DNA of 12,467 nucleotides from a virus (taxonomy: Duplodnaviria; Heunggongvirae; Uroviricota; Caudoviricetes): IMG/VR virus record IMGVR_UViG_2778261382_000004, positions 1 to 12,467 of that record, one strand, 5' to 3'. Made by a program: the position numbers and the translations under genes. A model generated the notes under the pieces. The model searched no databases, was not told the DNA's origin, and saw nothing but the letters and a program-made list of their open reading frames with translations. Positions within the stretch are counted from its first letter, which is position 1, and every line of letters starts with the position of its first letter. Shown here in pieces: positions 6,680-12,467 of the stretch.

Positions 6680-8953
6680 TTAGTTTGTTTCAAATCCCGC
6701 CCAACCATCAGAAATCGGATATGAAAACGTTTTCCCATCATAATTTACGGTCGCGCCACGCGCCAGCGCCTCAAGCTCCCATCGCTGCGGCCTGATACCG
6801 TTCTGAGCAAGGTCAACGCGGATACGGGTAATTTGCATTCGTTCCGACCGGGCCAGTCTGGCCGATGGTGCAATTTCATGTGGTTTTAACGAGCTTCCGT
6901 TTCTTTGCTGACGATTTGGCGTTCTCCGACCGTGTTTTAATGCACCTCTGAGCGCCCTCACGACCTCCGGGTCACTCCATTCGATAACACTGTCATCAAC
7001 CAGATTAAGCACTGCTGCGGCGTGCTCAGAAGGTGTGGGAGCCGGTAACGAAGTATCACCACCGGTGAGTTTTCCACAGTTATTGACAGGACTCCGAGGC
7101 GCGGCGATGCCGCTTTTTAAAGTCAAAGGCTCAACGACCGGCACTTTCGGAACAATGCGCCAGTCCGTCGTTCTGGTGATATGAATATGACGCGCGCCGA
7201 GATGCGGCGCGTAAATGCCGACCACTCTCTCGACTTCTTCCTCGTACTCGTTAACGTCATCCGACGGGCTACGGGCAACCCTGACAGTCTGGCAATCGCG
7301 CGGGACATTTGCCCCACCCTGCGCGCTGATATACAGCGCAAAATCACCACTGTCTGCGGCGGCGCGTGCAGCCTCGACGCGCTCGTCAAACTCATCAGCA
7401 ATGCTGACGCCGCGAGGCAATTTGCGTAGTTCACGGTAAGCCCCCATTGTCGGCAGGCCAACCGTTTTAAATTGCGGAATGCGCCACGTTGACGCCCATG
7501 CGGTAACAGCCGCGGCAGTATCTTTCAGCGGTCTGCCGGTATCGTTATCGAGCTGCCCATCCAGTGCATAGCCGTCGATATTTTTTGAGATGTATTTCGC
7601 GATATACCCCGCAGCACCGCCCCGGTTAAGGTGTTTTTCCTGAAAACGGTTTCGCGCGGCTCCTCTTTCGTCGCCATCCTCTTTGAGCGCATAGCGACGC
7701 ATGATTTCGATAATCTGGTTACGCTGGCGTGGATGACAAAAAAGCATCATATGCCAGTGCGGCGTTCCGTCGTGGTGTGGCTCGACGACACGCAAACCGT
7801 AGACCTGTAAATCATTATCCTTGAATGCCGTGCGCATCAGACTCCAGATACGGCAGAGATAACGCTGCGCATCCTTTGGATTAAATGCCTCATCGTTCCA
7901 GCCGTGATTAAGCTGAACGGTTTTACTTTCGCCTTTTCCGACCTGACGTGTCGGGTGATACTTTGACGGCGCGGTCAGCGTGATAAACATCCCCAAATCA
8001 CCCTCTGCGGCGGCGTAACGCTCAATACCGGCAATGGTGTTCATCAGCTCCATCCGGCGAATTTCTGGATTAGAAATACTGCCCATCACCTTACTGATAA
8101 GGTCGATGCGCTCGCCGGTTTCCCTGTTTTCAAGGTCACACGATTTAAGAAATTCCAGATTTGCCTGGCGGCGCGCACGCACATCACGAATGGCATGTTT
8201 ACTGGCATAAGGAGAACGGTCTTTATTGACCTCCCCGACAGCAATCAGTAACGCCTCATGCCAGCGCATACGCTGGCCTTTAAGCTGACTAATCCACCAC
8301 TCATCGTTAAACAGACGGGCAATGGCAGAATATGCCTGCCTCGTGGTCATCTGTCCTTTACTGTATTTTTTCCAGTAGAGCGGGGAAATATTGAAAGCAC
8401 GTGCAGCGCCAGCAACATGACCATACAGGTGAGCCTGCGCCTCATCCGTAAACAGCGATTCTTTTTCACCATGCGCATCAACCCATGCATCGCAGAGTTC
8501 CTCATACATCATGAAAAGCTGCGATGAGATACGGGCGGCAAACTTTTTCAGCTCCTTGTCATTCATTCCAGGCAGGCGCGCATAGTGGTCACGCTCTGCC
8601 AGAAACAGCAACGACGCGTCGGTGTTCATTTCATGGCGCTGATTCACGCGCTCAATGCGCGGCCATAAACGACGCTGAAAAGTGGATGTGAGGAAATAAA
8701 ACCCGTGCACCGGGCTTTTATTGCGCCGGATGTAGTCATAGCGTGAAGTAAACAGCGAACGCAAAAAGTAAGGCAGGCGGTTAATCGTGGATAAAACACC
8801 TTGCACCTGACGCATCTCGTCACGTGTAAGGGGTCTTTCGCGCCCGACGGCCTCGCGTGGCGCGTTCCATGCATAAGCACCGGTAAACGTCTTACCGGTG
8901 CCTGCGGCAAATGCTGACGGAGGGACAAAACGCCCGGAGGCTTTAACGTCCAT
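6680..8953 (-). CDS. A: Replication initiation protein gpA (rolling-circle nicking enzyme)
   Basis: Large ORF of P2 gpA size and position at the end of the early operon. It contains an HUH-like metal-binding motif HWHMMLF and, about 50 residues downstream, an active-site-like YIAKYISK. Start set at the ATG at 8951-8953 (MDVKASGRF...); the tabulated ORF begins at an upstream TTG at 8995. Confidence 0.85.
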   Translation of the reverse strand: MDVKASGRFVPPSAFAAGTGKTFTGAYAWNAPREAVGRERPLTRDEMRQVQGVLSTINRLPYFLRSLFTSRYDYIRRNKSPVHGFYFLTSTFQRRLWPRIERVNQRHEMNTDASLLFLAERDHYARLPGMNDKELKKFAARISSQLFMMYEELCDAWVDAHGEKESLFTDEAQAHLYGHVAGAARAFNISPLYWKKYSKGQMTTRQAYSAIARLFNDEWWISQLKGQRMRWHEALLIAVGEVNKDRSPYASKHAIRDVRARRQANLEFLKSCDLENRETGERIDLISKVMGSISNPEIRRMELMNTIAGIERYAAAEGDLGMFITLTAPSKYHPTRQVGKGESKTVQLNHGWNDEAFNPKDAQRYLCRIWSLMRTAFKDNDLQVYGLRVVEPHHDGTPHWHMMLFCHPRQRNQIIEIMRRYALKEDGDERGAARNRFQEKHLNRGGAAGYIAKYISKNIDGYALDGQLDNDTGRPLKDTAAAVTAWASTWRIPQFKTVGLPTMGAYRELRKLPRGVSIADEFDERVEAARAAADSGDFALYISAQGGANVPRDCQTVRVARSPSDDVNEYEEEVERVVGIYAPHLGARHIHITRTTDWRIVPKVPVVEPLTLKSGIAAPRSPVNNCGKLTGGDTSLPAPTPSEHAAAVLNLVDDSVIEWSDPEVVRALRGALKHGRRTPNRQQRNGSSLKPHEIAPSARLARSERMQITRIRVDLAQNGIRPQRWELEALARGATVNYDGKTFSYPISDGWAGFETN

Positions 8954-9218
8954 GTGAGCCAAAAGCCTCTGAACAACGCTTGCTGAGTTGCTCAACCTGC
9001 GCGTTTAAATCAGCAAAAGATTTTGCGCTTCCGGTCAGAATATCGTGATGCATCAGGCCGGAAACGAGCTGGCTTAATTTCGGGTAATAACCAACCACCG
9101 CCAGCCATTCCTGACCGGCGTTTTTACCGCTTTCCGCTCTCTTTTTCTCGTGGAGAATAAACTGAAAGCTGTCACTGGTAACGACATAACGTTCGCCAAT
9201 TTCAATACGAATACTCAT
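8943..9218 (-). CDS. Hypothetical early protein (position of P2 orf83)
   Basis: 91-aa ORF between the zinc-finger gene and A, 4-nt overlap with the upstream gene (ATGA), same strand and compact spacing as the P2 early operon. Confidence 0.55.
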   Translation of the reverse strand: MSIRIEIGERYVVTSDSFQFILHEKKRAESGKNAGQEWLAVVGYYPKLSQLVSGLMHHDILTGSAKSFADLNAQVEQLSKRCSEAFGSHGR

Positions 9219-9439
9219 GCCGTTCTCCGGTAATGTTTGTTTTTTGCTTCAAAGACTGACTGACAGGAAACACAACGCGTGGCTGACGGATAAGCCGCAC
9301 GACGGGCAGCAGGTATTGGCGCGTCACACTCTTCGCAAACCAGCGCAGAAGCACCGCAATGTTTTACCCTTGCCGCGTTAATCTGACGCTCCAGTAATTC
9401 AGCCTGTTGTTCCTGAATAAAATCTACGTTGTCCGGCAT
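9215..9439 (-). CDS. TraR/DksA-type C4 zinc-finger protein (position of P2 orf82)
   Basis: 74-aa ORF with two Cys pairs, CEECDAPIPAARRAAYPSATRCVSCQ, typical of the TraR/DksA zinc-finger family. Confidence 0.65.
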   Translation of the reverse strand: MPDNVDFIQEQQAELLERQINAARVKHCGASALVCEECDAPIPAARRAAYPSATRCVSCQSVFEAKNKHYRRTA

Positions 9440-9744
9440 TACCAGCTCCTTTTGTCGTTAAGTTTTTTAAATTCATCAGCGCAATAGCTGGCAATTTCTG
9501 TTGTTAATTTTGTCAGTTCATCCACGGAGGAGATTTTCTTGTGAAATACAGCGCGTTTAACAAGTAAATTGACCACATCAGACAGGAGATTTAATTCGTT
9601 CTGATAAATCGCGATAACAGACTCAGTTATTTCGCGTTTTTCTTTATCAAGACCAAGTTGAATAAGAGATAAATCGCCATTTTTCATAACGGCGATTTTT
9701 AAGGCGTTATTCAGTAATACAACTGAACGAGAACAGGACATCAA
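9439..9744 (-). CDS. Hypothetical early protein (position of P2 orf81)
   Basis: 101-aa ORF in the early operon; its start overlaps the upstream stop and its stop overlaps the downstream start. Confidence 0.55.
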   Translation of the reverse strand: MMSCSRSVVLLNNALKIAVMKNGDLSLIQLGLDKEKREITESVIAIYQNELNLLSDVVNLLVKRAVFHKKISSVDELTKLTTEIASYCADEFKKLNDKRSW

Positions 9745-9965
9745 AGCACCTCCCCGCGAGACAATCCGATATTGTGAAATTTTTCCGACTCCTGACTGAG
9801 CAGCTCGACTATCTCCACGCGGGATAACTCCGCCTTTGTGATGTGGCGAATCATGGCGTCAAGATGAGAAGAAAAGCGCGTCGCTGCGTCGGCCTGTGCT
9901 TCGGTTCTGGCCTGTTGCAGCAGTAATGCGTATTTACCGCACTGATTTTCAGAAACTGTATGCAT
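9741..9965 (-). CDS. Hypothetical early protein (position of P2 orf80)
   Basis: 74-aa ORF immediately downstream of B in the early operon. Confidence 0.55.
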   Translation of the reverse strand: MHTVSENQCGKYALLLQQARTEAQADAATRFSSHLDAMIRHITKAELSRVEIVELLSQESEKFHNIGLSRGEVL

Positions 9966-10028
9966 GACTTTCTCCAGGCAAAAAGAAGCCCCGCACGATT
10001 AAGTGCGTTAAAAACTCTGGTTAATTAC

Positions 10029-10535
10029 TTAATGCAGATATTGCTCTGGTTTTACCGACGTCAGAATTGTCGGTGCATACTCAAACAGGCTGAATAATTC
10101 ACGTAATGCACGGAATAAAGCATCACGCCAGTAACATAATTCTTCATTAATTCGCCAGTATGGCTGGTTGAATTCTTTTTCAGTCAATCCGGCATGCATA
10201 AATAAAGTACGACGCTGACTGACTGTTAAAAAACTAATATATGCATACTCACTTGCGCCAACCTGACGGCGTTTTGAGAATGCCCCACGCAATTCATCAA
10301 TTGCACAAACCAGCCGTTCACGTTCGACGTCGTTCATTTCTTCAAAACGCATCGTTGCGTGACGCTGTTTTAACTGCGCATGGAAGCAAACCGTTAGCCG
10401 TTCGCGTTCCATCATCTGATTATAATAATCGCATGTCTCCTGCCAGCGAGGGACGGCCAGATGCTTACCAATTATCCGGCGCATAGCTGCTGGCTGTTTT
10501 TCAACGAGATTGAGCGTCATCACTGTCATTTCCAT
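10029..10535 (-). CDS. B: Replication protein gpB (helicase loader-like)
   Basis: 168-aa ORF beginning MEMTVMTLNLVEKQPAAMRRIIGKHLAVPRW..., recognised as P2 B (about 166 aa) and located between cox/orf78 and A as in P2. Confidence 0.8.
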   Translation of the reverse strand: MEMTVMTLNLVEKQPAAMRRIIGKHLAVPRWQETCDYYNQMMERERLTVCFHAQLKQRHATMRFEEMNDVERERLVCAIDELRGAFSKRRQVGASEYAYISFLTVSQRRTLFMHAGLTEKEFNQPYWRINEELCYWRDALFRALRELFSLFEYAPTILTSVKPEQYLH

Positions 10536-10723
10536 ACCCTCCGGCTTTTCAGAAAGGTCAGAGCCTTTTTTAACGGACTCTGTTTTTTGGTGCGGATAAT
10601 GATTCCCTTACGCCCCTTACCGTGGGTGATGGTGAAGTCAATCGCCCTGGGGCTTTCGTTACGCAGTAACTGAGCAATACAACGCGGTTCACTCATAATC
10701 ACAACCCCATCCACAAAAGCCAT
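10526..10723 (-). CDS. Small early protein (position of P2 orf78); start uncertain
   Basis: ORF between cox and B. The ATG at 10721-10723 overlaps the cox 3' end. An alternative ATG at 10694-10696 sits just past the cox stop with a G-rich SD-like stretch 8 nt upstream, giving 56 aa. Confidence 0.4.
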   Translation of the reverse strand: MAFVDGVVIMSEPRCIAQLLRNESPRAIDFTITHGKGRKGIIIRTKKQSPLKKALTFLKSRRVWK

Positions 10724-10971
10724 GCATCACGCTGTTCAACTGGTCGGTTATAAAACGCCTCTCGTACAGCGCGATTAAACTCTGGAATGAAAACCCACTT
10801 CTCACCGACACGGGCGTTCGGCTTACTTGGATCACGAAGCTCAATAACTGGCAATTTATTCTCTTTTACCATCTTGACTACAGCCGTTTCTGGCTTACCA
10901 AGTAACTCTGCAAACTTAACCGTATGTACCGCATCAATCGGGTACTGAATCACATAGTCATTGACTTCCAT
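10699..10971 (-). CDS. cox: Cox excisionase / early-promoter-side repressor
   Basis: 90-aa ORF divergent from C, first gene of the early operon. KLPVIELRDPSKPNARVGEKWVFIPEFN resembles the P2 Cox core (KLPVI...W), and P2 Cox is 91 aa. Confidence 0.7.
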   Translation of the reverse strand: MEVNDYVIQYPIDAVHTVKFAELLGKPETAVVKMVKENKLPVIELRDPSKPNARVGEKWVFIPEFNRAVREAFYNRPVEQRDAWLLWMGL

Positions 10972-11123
10972 TGATTAGCCCTTTTTGCTTTCGTGTTACC
11001 CTTATTAGATCCAGTCCCTTCTAGGTCGCCCCTGTCCTTTCTAGGGACTGGCTAACACACTCAAAAGGTCACCAATACACAACCTTTTGACGGGAATATA
11101 AGTCACCAATAGGTTACTGTCAA
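10972..11123. promoter_or_regulatory. Immunity switch region between divergent cox and C (Pe/Pc promoters and operators)
   Basis: 152-bp divergent intergenic region. 9-bp inverted repeat CCAGTCCCT (11011-11019) / AGGGACTGG (11043-11051). 7-mer TTCTAGG repeated at 11019-11025 and 11039-11045 (20-bp period). 10-mer GTCACCAATA repeated at 11068-11077 and 11102-11111. Confidence 0.55.
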
Positions 11124-11417
11124 ATGCAGACATTCGAAAAACTGAAAGCGATTAGGAAAGCAGAAGGCTTAACACAGGCGAAATTCAGCGAAATTAGCGG
11201 GATAGCTCTAGGAACAGTCAAAAATTACGAAAGTGGGCATAAAGACCCTGGTCTCAGCATCGTTATGCGAGTCACAAATACGCCTTTATTTAAAAAATAT
11301 ACGCTCTGGTTAATGACTGGTGATACGTCACCACAAGCTGGTCAGATCGCGCCGGCTCTCGCACACATTGGGCAAAAACCAACAGAATCAGACCACTCCG
11401 AAAAACAGACTGGTTAA
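11124..11417 (+). CDS. C: C immunity repressor (P2 type)
   Basis: 97-aa ORF with an N-terminal HTH-like AEGLTQAKFSEISGIALGTVKNYESG and C-terminal ...KYTLWLMTG...SGQIAPALAH..., resembling the P2 C repressor (99 aa). It is upstream of int on the same strand and divergent from cox. Confidence 0.8.
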   Translation: MQTFEKLKAIRKAEGLTQAKFSEISGIALGTVKNYESGHKDPGLSIVMRVTNTPLFKKYTLWLMTGDTSPQAGQIAPALAHIGQKPTESDHSEKQTG

Positions 11418-11486
11418 CACTCTATAAACATTACATTTTCACTATTTGTTACCAAGATGGTGAATACAGCGTCAGAGGGCTTTCTT

Positions 11487-12467
11487 ATGTCAATTAAGAA
11501 GCTCGATGATGGACGCTATGAAGTGGACATTAGACCTCGCGGTCGCGACGGAAAACGCATCCGCAGGAAATTTGAAAGAAAAGCTGAGGCTGTAGCATTT
11601 GAGCGATACACAATCGCCTACGCCAGCCAGAAAGAATGGGCAGGTCAGCGAGCAGATCGCAGAACTTTGAGTGAGTTGCTGGACATCTGGTGGAAATATC
11701 ACGGGCAAAACCACGAGCATGGAACAAAAGAGTTTAATCATCTGCTCAAAACCATCAGCGGCATAGGTGATATACCAGTGAGCCGGATGAGCAAAAGAGC
11801 TTTGATGGATTATCGTTCCATGCGACTACGTGATGGTATCAGTGCCGCAACGATAAACCGTGACATGTACCGATTATCCGGCATGTTCACAAAATTAATT
11901 CAATTGGATGAATTTTCCGGGCAACACCCAATTCACGGACTGCCGCCACTGGCGGAGGCCAACCCTGAAATGACGTTCCTGGAAAAAGCAGAAATCGAAA
12001 AACTGTTAAATGTTTTGGATGGTGATGACTTACTTGTCGCACTTTTATGTCTGAGCACTGGAGGAAGATGGACGGAAGTTGCCACGCTAAAACCAGCACA
12101 GATTACAAATTGCAGGGTTACCTTCCTGAAAACCAAAAACGGTAAAAAGCGAACCGTGCCGATTTCTGAGGAACTGGAGAAAAAAGTTAAAGAGGAGGCC
12201 AGCGCTAAATTATTCAAAGTTGATTATGAGAAGTTTTGCGGGATTTTACGCAGAGTGAAGCCAGATATACCACCCAATCAGGCAACCCACATCCTGCGGC
12301 ATACATTCGCAAGCCATTTCATGATGAATGGGGGCAATATAATCGCACTGCAACAGATTCTGGGACATGCGAGCATTCAGCAGACGATGGCCTATGCGCA
12401 CCTTGCGCCTGACTACCTGCAAAATGCCGTCGCACTGAATCCTCTAAAAGGCGGAGTGACGTTATAA
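11487..12467 (+). CDS. int: Tyrosine integrase (P2 Int type)
   Basis: Starts MSIKKLDDGRYEVDIRPRGRDGKRIRRKF... at the ATG at 11487, with GAGGG 8 nt upstream; the tabulated ORF starts 10 codons earlier without an SD. The C-terminal catalytic region has HILRHTFASHF (HxxR) and the tyrosine in QTMAYAHL. The stop codon is the last 3 nt of the window. Confidence 0.85.
   Translation: MSIKKLDDGRYEVDIRPRGRDGKRIRRKFERKAEAVAFERYTIAYASQKEWAGQRADRRTLSELLDIWWKYHGQNHEHGTKEFNHLLKTISGIGDIPVSRMSKRALMDYRSMRLRDGISAATINRDMYRLSGMFTKLIQLDEFSGQHPIHGLPPLAEANPEMTFLEKAEIEKLLNVLDGDDLLVALLCLSTGGRWTEVATLKPAQITNCRVTFLKTKNGKKRTVPISEELEKKVKEEASAKLFKVDYEKFCGILRRVKPDIPPNQATHILRHTFASHFMMNGGNIIALQQILGHASIQQTMAYAHLAPDYLQNAVALNPLKGGVTL

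Larger units (their letters stand above)
1..12467. mobile_element. Defective P2-like prophage, interior from ogr stop to int stop; att sites outside the window
   Basis: Gene order ogr / D fragment / P fragment / Q / cos / cargo / A / orf83-80 / B / orf78 / cox / C / int matches the P2 prophage map. The 19-nt P2-type cos sequence is present. The morphogenetic block between P and D is absent. Confidence 0.8.

Noticed and set aside
7123-8976. ORFs 7123..7461 (-), 7181..7429 (+), 7215..7439 (+), 8258..8527 (+) and 8644..8976 (-) within gene A
   Set aside because: Embedded in or antisense to the gpA frame, which is supported by length, position and nicking-enzyme motifs.
9966-10028. Short imperfect hairpin (CGCAC...GTGCG) between B and the next early gene
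   Set aside because: The stem is only 5 bp with no clear U-tract, and the genes on either side are probably co-transcribed. Too weak to call a terminator or attenuator.
10241-10673. Plus-strand ORFs 10241..10486 and 10461..10673 opposite B/orf78
   Set aside because: Antisense to the early operon genes, with no support.
11490-12217. Minus-strand ORFs 11490..11741, 11530..11727, 11887..12099 and 11933..12217 inside int
   Set aside because: Antisense to the integrase frame; spurious.
1-12467. CRISPR arrays, tRNA/rRNA genes, IS elements or terminal inverted repeats
   Set aside because: No spacer-repeat periodicity, no cloverleaf-compatible conserved tRNA features and no transposase-like ORF were seen. 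Any tRNA integration target would lie beyond the window edge past int.

Overview
The window is the interior of a defective P2-like prophage from an enterobacterial host, running from the ogr stop codon (pos 1) to the int stop codon (pos 12467), so the att sites lie outside it. Family assignments rest on recognising the translated ORFs and motifs by eye; no database search was possible. Retained backbone: ogr, a C-terminal fragment of tail gene D directly abutting an N-terminally truncated terminase gene P (the whole capsid/tail/lysis block is missing), portal gene Q, the 19-nt cos site, the early operon (cox, orf78, B, orf80-83, A), C repressor and integrase. The most interesting part is the slot that holds tin/old in P2, between cos and A (about 3340-6670). 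It is AT-rich and carries two convergent genes: a 652-aa GHKL ATPase with a C-terminal PD-(D/E)xK-like nuclease motif, and a C5-cytosine DNA methyltransferase. I read this as a candidate, apparently uncharacterised, restriction-modification-like anti-phage system carried as cargo in a known prophage defence hotspot.
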